Below are positions 10,090 through 19,155 of a stretch of 64,000 nt of DNA, one piece after another. This DNA is from Abditibacteriaceae bacterium. GTDB lineage: Bacteria > Armatimonadota > Abditibacteriia > Abditibacteriales > Abditibacteriaceae. The notes under the pieces are model-generated. The model was not told where the DNA came from. It worked only from the letters and a program-made list of their open reading frames with translations, and did no database searches. Position 1 is the stretch's first letter. Each line of letters opens with the position of its first letter. Both the position numbers and the translations under genes were made by a program. Location: NCBI GenBank assembly GCA_965277285.1, contig OZ255721.1:3296001-3360000 (forward strand), read 5' to 3'.

Positions 10090-10926
10090 TTACTTGCCAA
10101 CGATGCCTTTGCTGTCGCGCGGCGAGAACCACAGCAAAATGTCGTCTTTTTCGGTCGGCGTGCAGTTTGTGCGCACGAAACGTAAGGTTTTTCCGTTCGC
10201 CGTCGGCACGCTTGGACCGGAATAAATGACCGTGCCGCGCTTCAGTTGCGACCAGTCGGCGACGTTCGGGTTGGGCAACGATTTCAGCGCGACAGGAATA
10301 ACTGTCTTTGCACCAACTGTCGTATTGAAAGTTACATCAACTTCGATGCGACCAATCGGGCCGTGCCACGACGCGCCGGTGTGCAAAATATAAGATGCTT
10401 CGGAAAACGATCCGCTACCCGAACCCATAATCGAGCCGCCCACGGGAAGCGTATACAAATCGCGCACAATCCGCGTACTCGATTGCGGAAAGAAAACGCT
10501 TTTCGCGTGCCAGTAATTACCAGGTTCATCGGCGCGAATGAGTGTTGTTTTCGTCGGCACGCCGTTCACCCACGATTTAAAACTGGTGAAAAGCGGCTGC
10601 ATCGGTTTTTTGCGCCAATTCGGATCCGCTTGCGTGTCGACTTCTTCTTCCGCGTCCATCGTTCCATCGGCGCCATCGGGAAAACCCATGCGCACTGTTG
10701 TCGCCATGCCGTTGTTCTTGAAAACAAAGTTGCAATCGACGGTTTCCGTATCGTTGTTGAGCGTGATGCGAATCACTTCGCTTTGCATCGAAACGCTGGG
10801 ATGCGTCGACAACAATTTCGGCGAACCGCCCCACGCAATACCGCCATCATCGGCACGCACCGGAACAAACAGAGCAATCCCACAAACCACCAAACTGGCA
10901 AGCGACCATGTAGCGGAAATACGCAT
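10090..10926 (-). CDS. Secreted hypothetical protein (DUF4424-like)
   Basis: Signal peptide MRISATWSLASLVVCGIALFVPVRA, then VSMQSEVIRI, FVFKN...MGFP and YILHTGASWHGPIG patterns. Confidence 0.65.
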   Translation of the reverse strand: MRISATWSLASLVVCGIALFVPVRADDGGIAWGGSPKLLSTHPSVSMQSEVIRITLNNDTETVDCNFVFKNNGMATTVRMGFPDGADGTMDAEEEVDTQADPNWRKKPMQPLFTSFKSWVNGVPTKTTLIRADEPGNYWHAKSVFFPQSSTRIVRDLYTLPVGGSIMGSGSGSFSEASYILHTGASWHGPIGRIEVDVTFNTTVGAKTVIPVALKSLPNPNVADWSQLKRGTVIYSGPSVPTANGKTLRFVRTNCTPTEKDDILLWFSPRDSKGIVGK

Positions 10927-11074
10927 AAAGGTGAACCTCGCAAAAACGAACGCACGAATCACGTCAAAGCGCCAAAGGTATAAACGCGCGCAAACCGGCT
11001 GCTTCATGCAAATCGAGTACTCGAAAAGGAACGCTCGAATGAAACAGCCGGTCGCAATCGTCTACCACGGCGCT

Positions 11075-11320
11075 CTACTTGTCTTTGAAGTAATCGGCGT
11101 TGATTTCGATGTACTTCTTCTGGTCGGCGGGAACAGCCGAATCCGCGTAAATCGCTTCGACCGGACATTCCGGTTCGCAGGCGCCGCAATCGATGCACTC
11201 GCCCGGATTGATATACAACTGCGGCGAATCGTCGTCTGCATGAATGCAATCGACGGGACAAACTTCCACACACGACTTGTCTTTTACATCAATACACGGC
11301 TCGGTAATGACATATGCCAT
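11075..11320 (-). CDS. Dicluster ferredoxin (FdxA/7Fe type)
   Basis: MAYVITEPCIDVKDKSCVEVCPVDCI...CIDCGACEPECPVEAI. Confidence 0.92.
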   Translation of the reverse strand: MAYVITEPCIDVKDKSCVEVCPVDCIHADDDSPQLYINPGECIDCGACEPECPVEAIYADSAVPADQKKYIEINADYFKDK

Positions 11321-11370
11321 AAGAGACCCCCAAAGGTTTTTGTAGTTTGTGCGACTCACAACACCACGAC

Positions 11371-11376
11371 ATTATA
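11371..11376 (-). promoter_or_regulatory. Possible sigma-70 -10 element (TATAAT) for the ferredoxin gene
   Basis: Perfect TATAAT on the minus strand about 50 nt upstream of ATG 11320; no clear -35. Confidence 0.35.
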
Positions 11377-11436
11377 CGGCATTTATGTTTCGGTTTCCGC
11401 ACGGTTCGAGTACTCGATGGAACTTACATCATAACC

Positions 11437-11512
11437 TTTAGCGAACCCGAAGCATCAGCGAGGGAGATTAATAATTCACCATCTCCCTCGCTGACGCTTC
11501 GGGTTCGCTAAA
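11437..11512. repeat. REP-like palindrome, family A
   Basis: tttagcgaacccgaagcatcagcgagggagat (11437-11468) pairs with 11481-11512 with one mismatch. Confidence 0.85.
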
Positions 11513-11532
11513 AGTCTTTGTGTTGTCGTCAA

Positions 11533-12834
11533 TCAATGTTCCATCAGCGTCAGAGGAATGAAAGTTTTCTCATCCGCCGGATTGGTCAAGCGCTTCTCGA
11601 ATTCTGGACGAAAGTTTTTGATGCTGCTCATCACCGGCGTCGCGGCGGCATCGCCCAGCAAGCAGAACGAACGTCCCGCGATTTGGCTCGCCATATCCAC
11701 CAACATATCCAAATCGCCATCTTTGCCACGTCCGGCATCGACGCGCTGCAGCACGCGCGTCAGCCAATCATTGCCTTCTCGGCACGGCGTGCATTTGCCG
11801 CAGCTTTCGTGCTTGTAAAACTGAATAAGCCGCGCCGCGATGTGAACAATATCGACATCTTCATCGAAAATACAGAGTCCTGCCGTTCCCAGAATGCTGC
11901 CCGCCGCGGTGATCGACGCCGGATCGAGCGGCGTATCGAATTTGTCCGGCGTCATCATCGGCGTTGAACTGCCGCCCGGGAAAAAGCCCTTCAACGCTTT
12001 GCCTTTCCAGATGCCGCCCGCCAATTCGACCGCTTTGGAGATCGGCGTGCCAACCGGAACTTCAAAATTGCCCGGCCTTTCCACGCAACCGGAAACGCTG
12101 ACAATCTTCATTCCGGGCGATTTCTCAGTCCCGAACTTCTTGAACTCCGCCGCGCCTTCGCGCACGATGAACGGAATGTTGGACAGCGTTTCAACGTTGT
12201 TGACCGATGTCGGCTTGGCGTAAAGTCCAGCAACAGCCGGAAACGGAGGCTTCAAGCGCGGTTGACCACGGTCGCCTTCCAGCGACGACAACAGCGCAGT
12301 TTCTTCGCCGCAAATATAAGCGCCTGCGCCGGTGTGAATTGTGACTTCCAAATCAACGCCGCTACCCAGAATATTCTTGCCGATGTAGCCGCGCGCTCGG
12401 GCTTCGGCGACTGCGCGACGCAAGTTCTCGAAGCCTTTCATCATTTCGCCGCGCACATAAATGTAGCCGTGCGTGCAACCAATCGCGTAGCAGCCCAACA
12501 GAAAACCTTCGATCAGCGTGTGCGGCGTTTTGACGACGATTTCGCGGTTGGAAAACGTGCCTGGCTCGCTTTCGTCGCAATTGCAAACGAGGTATTTTGG
12601 GAACACGTCTTTGGGCATGAAGCTCCATTTCATGCCGGTCGGAAACCACGCGCCGCCGCGCCCGCCCAAACCCGAAGTCTTGACTTCGTTGAGCACATCG
12701 GCGCCTTCCATCGTTGACAGCGCCTTGCGCCACGCGGCATAACCTTCGGCCTTTTCTTCGTAAACCGAAATGTTGCCGACGTTGGGCACATCAATATATT
12801 TGTGAATGATCTTGGGATCGTCTGCGTATGCCAT
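11533..12834 (-). CDS. nuoF: NADH-quinone oxidoreductase subunit F
   Basis: SGLGGRGGAWFPTGMKW, NCDESEPG, GAGAYICGEETAL and ESCGKCTPCREG. Confidence 0.97.
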   Translation of the reverse strand: MAYADDPKIIHKYIDVPNVGNISVYEEKAEGYAAWRKALSTMEGADVLNEVKTSGLGGRGGAWFPTGMKWSFMPKDVFPKYLVCNCDESEPGTFSNREIVVKTPHTLIEGFLLGCYAIGCTHGYIYVRGEMMKGFENLRRAVAEARARGYIGKNILGSGVDLEVTIHTGAGAYICGEETALLSSLEGDRGQPRLKPPFPAVAGLYAKPTSVNNVETLSNIPFIVREGAAEFKKFGTEKSPGMKIVSVSGCVERPGNFEVPVGTPISKAVELAGGIWKGKALKGFFPGGSSTPMMTPDKFDTPLDPASITAAGSILGTAGLCIFDEDVDIVHIAARLIQFYKHESCGKCTPCREGNDWLTRVLQRVDAGRGKDGDLDMLVDMASQIAGRSFCLLGDAAATPVMSSIKNFRPEFEKRLTNPADEKTFIPLTLMEH

Positions 12835-12851
12835 ATCGAGTACTCGATTCC

Positions 12852-13295
12852 TTAGCGTTTGCGAATGGAACGCGTCGCCATTATTTTTAGTTGATTGATA
12901 ATTTTGTAGTTGGGCGCGTGCACTCGCGCGATAGTTGCAGCGAGCGTCCGTTGGGCTTCATTTTGTACGGCTCCGACTAACGTTACAGTTCCTCGGTTGC
13001 TTTTTGTAGGTGATATAACATCAACGTTCACGTTTTGTTGTGAAAGTACCGCGTTTGCCATCAAAGCACTCTTGATGAGAGGAGCTACAAAAGCGGCCTT
13101 CGGTACTTTATCGTTGGTGTTGTCGGTTGAAGTTGAACCTGCTGGACGCCCGATAATAATTCCGGCTTTCGCCAAACGCTTGACCGCAGCCGCTGCCCAG
13201 TGATTGTCCGGCACGTCGCGGAAAGTCGATTGCGCGCGTGCCGATGAAGCGGAAACCGTCGCGGCGATTGTTAAAAGAAGAAGGCGTTTGGTCAT
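12852..13295 (-). CDS. Secreted SLH + BON domain protein
   Basis: Signal peptide; FRDVPDNHWAAAAVKRLAKAGIIIG (SLH); GTVTLVGAV...IINQLKI (BON). Confidence 0.75.
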   Translation of the reverse strand: MTKRLLLLTIAATVSASSARAQSTFRDVPDNHWAAAAVKRLAKAGIIIGRPAGSTSTDNTNDKVPKAAFVAPLIKSALMANAVLSQQNVNVDVISPTKSNRGTVTLVGAVQNEAQRTLAATIARVHAPNYKIINQLKIMATRSIRKR

Positions 13296-13298
13296 AAT

Positions 13299-14033
13299 TT
13301 AAGGCAGCAAATCGGCGACTTTGATTTTGCTTTCCGGCGCCGACAAGGGCGAAACTTCATCGTCGGCTTTCAAAGTTTGCGTGCTCGAATAACCTTTAGT
13401 GTTAGGTTCGCGGCGCACTTCGAGCTGACGCGCTTTGAGATTGACAATCCAGTACTCAGGGATTTCAGCTTGAGCGTAATCCAGAGATTTTCGGGTTTGA
13501 TCGAAACGCAACGTTGTGTCCGACACTTCAACCACAAGCAGGGCGGAACTCGGCTTATCTGCGGGATGGTTTTTGACATCAACGGCTAAAACGGCGACAT
13601 CCGGTTCAGGCTGCGCGTTTTCTCCCAAAGTCAAGGGCAGTTGGCTTACGACCAGAAAACCTTTGCCAAAGACTTCTCGCAAACACTCCATTGTGCGCGC
13701 AATTCCCCACCAATGCGGGTTGTTCATCGGACTCATTTCGTAAACCTTGCCACCGACAAGTTGAACTTTACGACCCGCGAACCAATCCAACTTCGCCATT
13801 TTTTCGTACTGCTTCACGTTCCATAACCAGGAACGACCTTCGTGCTTACTGAAAACTTCGCCATTCAATAACTCGATGCGCTTGTCACCGAACCAGCCCA
13901 ATTCGCCCATTCGGTAATACTGCTCGACCGTCCAGCGCACAAGGCGTGGCGCAACCTCGCGGCGCGACTTCGCCGGACGCTGCACGAAACGAGCGTCGGA
14001 CGGTTTCTTGTTTTCGCGCGTTGTCGTCGCCAT
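13299..14033 (-). CDS. Uma2 (DUF820) family putative endonuclease with duplicated N-terminal module
   Basis: WTVEQYYRM...IELLNG, QPEPDVAV, LVVEVSDTT and YAQAEIPEYWIVNL. Confidence 0.88.
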   Translation of the reverse strand: MATTTRENKKPSDARFVQRPAKSRREVAPRLVRWTVEQYYRMGELGWFGDKRIELLNGEVFSKHEGRSWLWNVKQYEKMAKLDWFAGRKVQLVGGKVYEMSPMNNPHWWGIARTMECLREVFGKGFLVVSQLPLTLGENAQPEPDVAVLAVDVKNHPADKPSSALLVVEVSDTTLRFDQTRKSLDYAQAEIPEYWIVNLKARQLEVRREPNTKGYSSTQTLKADDEVSPLSAPESKIKVADLLP

Positions 14034-14057
14034 AATCGAGTACTCGAATCGTCAAAA

Positions 14058-14687
14058 TTACTTGGCTGCAGGAACTTCAGCTTCTTTCGGCTTTTCTACT
14101 TTTACAATGTCATCGGCGCGCTGAATGTTGCTGACATCAATGCCCAGTTCGGCGTCGGTGAAGGCAATCGGATGCGTGCCCAGCCATTTATGAAATTCGG
14201 CATACGGCGGTTTTTCGCCGCGCTCCAAATAGCCGATGATCTCGTCAATCTTCGCTTCGTCCAGGTTCTCGTAATAATCTTCGTTGATCTGGCACATCGG
14301 TGCCTTGTCGCACGCCGCCAAACACTCGACTTCCATCAAAGTGAATTTTTTGTCGGGCGTCGTTTCGCCAACGTGAATGCCCAAACGCTGCTCGAACAAT
14401 TCGACGGCGTGCTTGGCGCCGCGCAATTCGCAAGGCGTCGTTGTGCAAACCTGAATCACGCTTTGGCCGACCGGCTTCAGGTAGAACATCGAATAAAACG
14501 AGGCGACCGCGTAAACGTGCGAGTCCGGCAAGTCGAGCACTTCCGCGACTTCGACCATCGCTTCTTTGGGCAGCCATCCGCCATAAGCGCGCTGCGCCAC
14601 ATAAAGCGCCGGAACCAGCGCCGATTTTCGGTTCGGATATTCTTTGCAAATTTCTTCAATGCGCGCGATATTCGCTTCAGTCAACAT
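14058..14687 (-). CDS. nuoE: NADH-quinone oxidoreductase subunit E
   Basis: VASFYSMF, VCTTTPCELRG and VECLAACDKAP ([2Fe-2S] ligands). Confidence 0.95.
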   Translation of the reverse strand: MLTEANIARIEEICKEYPNRKSALVPALYVAQRAYGGWLPKEAMVEVAEVLDLPDSHVYAVASFYSMFYLKPVGQSVIQVCTTTPCELRGAKHAVELFEQRLGIHVGETTPDKKFTLMEVECLAACDKAPMCQINEDYYENLDEAKIDEIIGYLERGEKPPYAEFHKWLGTHPIAFTDAELGIDVSNIQRADDIVKVEKPKEAEVPAAK

Positions 14688-14704
14688 ATCTAAACCTTTT
14701 CATT

Positions 14705-14810
14705 AACCACCAAGACACAAAGGACACCAAGAGAAACGGAAGGGCAAAAAGAGGTTTCGCGCAATCGAGTACTCGATTCTCTTCTTGGTGTCCTTTGTGT
14801 CTTGGTGGTT
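14705..14810. repeat. MITE/REP-like element, family C, with 28-bp terminal inverted repeats and an internal TCGAGTACTCGA
   Basis: aaccaccaagacacaaaggacaccaaga (14705-14732) pairs with 14783-14810. Confidence 0.85.
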
Positions 14811-14816
14811 CAAAAT

Positions 14817-16151
14817 CTATCTATCGACTTCGCCCAGAACAATGTCAATCGAACCGATAATGGCAACGACATCTGCCACCAAACGGCCTTCCAGCATCGG
14901 CGGCAACGCTTGCAAATTGATGAAACTGGGGCCGCGCAGGTGACAACGATACGGTTTGTTGCCGCCGTCGCTGACGATGTAAAAGCCGATTTCACCTTTG
15001 GGTGACTCGTTCGCCACATAAACTTCCTGGTTCTTCGGCGGATGAAAACCTTCAGTTATTAGCTTGAAGTGATGAATCACAGCTTCCATCGAAGTCGCCA
15101 ACTCTTCGCGCGGCGGCAGAGAAATCTTGCGGTCAGCGCAACGAATCGGGCCATCAGGAAGTTTGGCGAACGCTTGTTTCAAAATGCGCGCGCTTTGCCG
15201 CATTTCTTCCATGCGCACTAAATAACGATCATAAACATCGCCGTTTTGCCCGACCGGAATATCGAACTCGTAGTTCTCGTAACCCGAATACGGATTGCTT
15301 TTACGAACATCCCAGGCGATTCCCGCCGCGCGCGCGACCGGCCCGCTGACGCCCAGATCAATGATTTCCTCGCGCGTCAAGGCGCCGATGCCTTTGGTGC
15401 GCGCCGTAAAAATCTCGTTCTCGCTCAACATATAATCGTATTCGGCGATGCGCTCGTCTATGATAGAAAGGAATGTCGCCAGCGATTTCAAAAACTCCGG
15501 CGGTGCGTCCTCGACCAATCCGCCAACACGCATATAGGAATACGTCAGGCGCGCGCCGCAAAGCTGGTCGAACATATCGAGAATCATCTCGCGTTCGCGG
15601 AAACAATAGAAATAAACCGTCATCGCGCCCAAGTCGAGCGCGTGCGTTCCCAGCCACACAAGGTGCGCCGCCAAACGTCCCAACTCGGCGCAAATCACAC
15701 GCAACGCTTGGGCGCGAACCGGAATCTCGGCGCCCAAAAGTTTCTCGACAGCCAGGCAATACACCAAGTTATTGCCCATCGAATTGGTGTAATCGAAGCG
15801 ATCTGTGACGACAATCGCCTGCTGATACGTCTTCGATTGCATCGTCTTTTCCATGCCGGTGTGCAAATAGCCAATCACCGGCTCGGCTTTGACGACGGTT
15901 TCGCCATCCAATTCGAGGACCAGCCGCAACACGCCGTGCGTGCTGGGATGCTGCGGCCCCATGTTGATAATCATGCGCTCGCTGCCGCCCGGCTCGACAG
16001 GATGCGGCTCGATGTCGAAGGTGCGGCCATGCGTCGCCATGCGCGCGGCGTGATCCAGCGAATCGCGCCGCTCCATTGCTTCAACGGGCGCCATATCGTC
16101 GCGGATGTTATCGAAGATTTTGGTCGGATCCGGCTGTTTTGTTTTCAACAT
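14817..16151 (-). CDS. nuoD: NADH-quinone oxidoreductase subunit D
   Basis: INMGPQHPSTHGVLRL, GYLHTGMEK, ESPKGE and SIDIVLGEVDR; exact start uncertain. Confidence 0.96.
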   Translation of the reverse strand: MLKTKQPDPTKIFDNIRDDMAPVEAMERRDSLDHAARMATHGRTFDIEPHPVEPGGSERMIINMGPQHPSTHGVLRLVLELDGETVVKAEPVIGYLHTGMEKTMQSKTYQQAIVVTDRFDYTNSMGNNLVYCLAVEKLLGAEIPVRAQALRVICAELGRLAAHLVWLGTHALDLGAMTVYFYCFREREMILDMFDQLCGARLTYSYMRVGGLVEDAPPEFLKSLATFLSIIDERIAEYDYMLSENEIFTARTKGIGALTREEIIDLGVSGPVARAAGIAWDVRKSNPYSGYENYEFDIPVGQNGDVYDRYLVRMEEMRQSARILKQAFAKLPDGPIRCADRKISLPPREELATSMEAVIHHFKLITEGFHPPKNQEVYVANESPKGEIGFYIVSDGGNKPYRCHLRGPSFINLQALPPMLEGRLVADVVAIIGSIDIVLGEVDR

Positions 16152-16160
16152 GAGGTTATT

Positions 16161-16269
16161 AACCACCAAGACACAAAGGACACCAAGAAAAGAGATTCGA
16201 GTACTCGATTGCGCGAAACCTCTTTTTTGTCCTTCCGTTTCTCTTGGTGTCCTTTGTGTCTTGGTGGTT
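16161..16269. repeat. MITE/REP-like element, family C; twin of 14705-14810 with inverted core
   Basis: Identical 28-bp arms; the core is nearly the reverse complement of the 14733-14782 core. Confidence 0.85.
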
Positions 16270-16273
16270 CAAT

Positions 16274-16864
16274 TTAGCTTTTGGCGTAAACGCGCGGCAC
16301 TTTGCGCACGGTGAATTCCGGTTCTTCCCAGCCAATTTCTTCGGTCTGGCGCAAAGGATGACCTTCCCAATCTTCGCTCAACAAGATGCGGCGCAAATCG
16401 GGATGACCCTCGAAACGAATGCCAAATAAATCGAAGACTTCGCGCTCGTGCCAGTTCGCCGTGCGCCATACGCTGGTCACGCTGGGAACTGTCGTGTCGT
16501 CTTCGGGCACGCGCACTTTCAAGCGCAAATAGGTGAAATGCTGCATCGAATACAACTGATAAATCGTTTCAAAGCGCGGATCGCGGTCGGGCCAATCGTT
16601 GCCGGTCAGGTCGGAAAGATAATCGTAGCCCATATCCGGCCCGACTTTGCAAAAACGACAGACTTCGACCAGTCGTTCGCGCGGCACGTAAACCGTCACT
16701 TCGTCGCGGAAACGCCGCACTTCAAAGAAGATGTCGGGAAATTGCGCCTGCAACTTTTCCACGGCGCTTTCGGCGCGCGGAATCGTTTTGAGATAAGCGC
16801 CGCTGCTTTCGTGCGGCACCGTCGCCATTGTCGGATTGGGGCCGGTTATCGAATCGCTGACCAT
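16274..16864 (-). CDS. nuoC: NADH-quinone oxidoreductase subunit C
   Basis: ANWHEREVFDLFGIRFEGHPDLRRILLSEDWEGHPLR. Confidence 0.95.
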   Translation of the reverse strand: MVSDSITGPNPTMATVPHESSGAYLKTIPRAESAVEKLQAQFPDIFFEVRRFRDEVTVYVPRERLVEVCRFCKVGPDMGYDYLSDLTGNDWPDRDPRFETIYQLYSMQHFTYLRLKVRVPEDDTTVPSVTSVWRTANWHEREVFDLFGIRFEGHPDLRRILLSEDWEGHPLRQTEEIGWEEPEFTVRKVPRVYAKS

Positions 16865-16968
16865 AAATCGAGTACTCGTTTTCTAAGATTCCTACCTTGA
16901 TATTCTACAAGCCTGTGAAAGTTTGCACAAGCAGAAAGCGCACGCTGTTTTCAGGACTTGAAACGTCG

Positions 16969-17670
16969 CTATTTTGCGGCGTCACGCATTGCCGCCAGCA
17001 AAGTTTCGCGCGCCTGCCAGATGATTTCGGTGTCCATTTTTTGGCGCGACTTTTCATCGAATGTTTGCCATGATGCTTGAACCTCCGCGTTCTGCGAAGC
17101 CAATCGAGAACGATGCAGCACTTCATATCCTAAAGAACGAAGCTCTATCGCGTTCTCCCACGCATTCTTGAGTATTGCGGCGTTATGAGTCTGGCGCGTT
17201 TCCATGTCAAGCGTTTGCCATAGCACATCAACCACCGCGCCCTGACAAACAAATTGTGCATGCCGCAACACTTTGTGCATGTAATAACACAAAGCAAGTA
17301 CAAGCAACGAACTATCGTTCGCTAAAGTTTCGAGTTGTGTCCGCGATAAATTGACATCATTTTCAATCGCCAGTTCTTCCAGCGCGATGAATTTCCATTT
17401 CCCAAGACCGACGCTCTGCGATGGATTAAAAAATGACGACATAAAATGCGAGAGCGTGGAAATATCACCGTCTTCGGGACACAAATCGCGTGGAAGAACA
17501 TCAATTCTATGGCGAAGCCGCGCTTCGCACAACTCGGTGAAACGCCATGCCGCGAGATTTTCTTCGTCCCATAAACCGAGATTCTGGTGCTCCTGTTCAT
17601 TCATCCACAATAGCAGTCCGAAGGCTCGACTTTGCAAATCGAGTACTCGATTCAGTTCTTCCTTTGTCAT
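16969..17670 (-). CDS. Hypothetical protein, tandem paralog of 17902-18597
   Basis: Shares MTKEELNRVLDLQ, HFMSSFFN, IALEELAIENDV and IWQARE with the neighbour. Confidence 0.7.
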   Translation of the reverse strand: MTKEELNRVLDLQSRAFGLLLWMNEQEHQNLGLWDEENLAAWRFTELCEARLRHRIDVLPRDLCPEDGDISTLSHFMSSFFNPSQSVGLGKWKFIALEELAIENDVNLSRTQLETLANDSSLLVLALCYYMHKVLRHAQFVCQGAVVDVLWQTLDMETRQTHNAAILKNAWENAIELRSLGYEVLHRSRLASQNAEVQASWQTFDEKSRQKMDTEIIWQARETLLAAMRDAAK

Positions 17671-17901
17671 AACTCACCAATAAACCGCACACATATTTGC
17701 TGTCATCAATTCTTTTCAACAATATGTTGAATATCTTCAAGGCTTCAGCACCCACATATTGATTCTTGTCAAGTATCGCGCGACGATAATTGCGGTTCCC
17801 GTATGAGAAATAACGTGCGAAGAAGCGAGATTGAAAATTTCTTTGGCGTTGTGAAAGTGGCGTAAACATTGTGATCGAAAGTTGGGACGTTTATCGCCTT
17901 C

Positions 17902-18597
17902 TTAACTCGTGATGTTGCGCAATGCGTTGAGCAACATTTCGCGCGCCTGCCAGATGACTTCCGTATTCAACTTCTGGCGCGTCTTTTTGTCCATCGTGTT
18001 CCACATCGCGTGAACCGCGGCGCCTTGCGAAGAAAATTGCGAACGTCGCACCAGTTCGTGCGCGTAAGAATACATATTGAGCGCGTCCGCGAGTTTTGTG
18101 TCGTGCGCCAAAGTTTTCAATTGTTGGGTCGACAAATCGACATCGTTTTCAATCGCCAACTCTTCCAGCGCGATGAGTTGCAAATTGTGCGCAGATTCTT
18201 CGCCTTTTTGACGAACGCGCTTTTTCTCTGCTGGCGTTTTATGCGCTAATGCAGATGAACCTGAAACCAGCTTTTTGCGGTGCCAAACCTTGTAGTTGTC
18301 AGGGTCTCGATACCACGTCGATTCGTTTTTCTCTTCGACATGAAACGAAGTGTTGAAAAACGACGACATCAGGTGTGCAAAAGCGGGAATGTCGTTTTCT
18401 TCGGGGCGCAAGTCGCGCGGAAAAATGCCGATCATGCGACGAACCCAATCTTCGCAGGAAGCCACGAAACGCCACATTCCAACGTTTTCGTCGCTTAACA
18501 AATCCGGTTGATGACGCGCCTGATCGTCAATCCACAACAGCAAACCGTAGGCTTTGTTTTGCAAATCGAGTACTCGATTCAATTCTTCTTTTGTCAT
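17902..18597 (-). CDS. Hypothetical protein, tandem paralog of 16969-17670
   Basis: 231-aa ORF starting 3 nt after the DUF456 stop; homologous to the downstream ORF. Confidence 0.75.
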   Translation of the reverse strand: MTKEELNRVLDLQNKAYGLLLWIDDQARHQPDLLSDENVGMWRFVASCEDWVRRMIGIFPRDLRPEENDIPAFAHLMSSFFNTSFHVEEKNESTWYRDPDNYKVWHRKKLVSGSSALAHKTPAEKKRVRQKGEESAHNLQLIALEELAIENDVDLSTQQLKTLAHDTKLADALNMYSYAHELVRRSQFSSQGAAVHAMWNTMDKKTRQKLNTEVIWQAREMLLNALRNITS

Positions 18598-18600
18598 AAA

Positions 18601-19104
18601 TCACCGATAAACCGCAAACGCGAAAATGCCCATCATCAAAAGACACACGAAAATTTGCACGAAGAGCGAAATGAAGTAGCCGATGAGGTAACCGCCGCTG
18701 GCTTTCAAAACCGCGTCCCAGCTTTTGTGGCGCTGATATTCCACGAGAGCAATCGCGCCCAGCGCACCGATGAACAAACCTGGCAGATGAAACAACAAAA
18801 GTCCAATTGTGCTGCCGACGATACTGGCGACGGTCGCCCAAATCGAAGCGCCGCCTTTTCGCGCGCCAATTGCGCTCGCCCAAATATCGGAGGTGCTGCC
18901 CGCAATCGCCAGCGACGCCAGAAAAATCAACGTCACTGGCCCGACTTTGGCGAAGTTGGTTTGCCACGCGTAAAGCGCCGCGCCGATGAAAACAATCGGC
19001 GGGCCGGGCACTAAAGGCACCAGCGAGCAGAACAGCCCAAACGCCATAATAATCCACGCGAAAAGCAGCGGGTCGCCAGCAGGAAAAGAAATCATAAAGC
19101 GCAT
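18601..19104 (-). CDS. DUF456 family membrane protein
   Basis: LVPLVPGPPIVF, GARKGGAS and GLFIGALGAIALVE; hydrophobic profile. Confidence 0.8.
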   Translation of the reverse strand: MRFMISFPAGDPLLFAWIIMAFGLFCSLVPLVPGPPIVFIGAALYAWQTNFAKVGPVTLIFLASLAIAGSTSDIWASAIGARKGGASIWATVASIVGSTIGLLLFHLPGLFIGALGAIALVEYQRHKSWDAVLKASGGYLIGYFISLFVQIFVCLLMMGIFAFAVYR

Positions 19105-19155
19105 CCTTGCGAAGTTGAAAAGCGCAATCGAGTACTCGAAATCGGGGCTTCCTCG

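Noticed and set aside
9611..14057. CRISPR array or classical integron
   Set aside because: The repeat is only 12 bp with gene-sized irregular spacing; no attC-type structure was recognised, and there is no cas or integrase gene in the window
17597..17869. 90-aa ORF between the tandem paralogs
   Set aside because: Overlaps the paralog start out of frame and has no motifs; the AT-rich part may be a relic but cannot be supported as a gene
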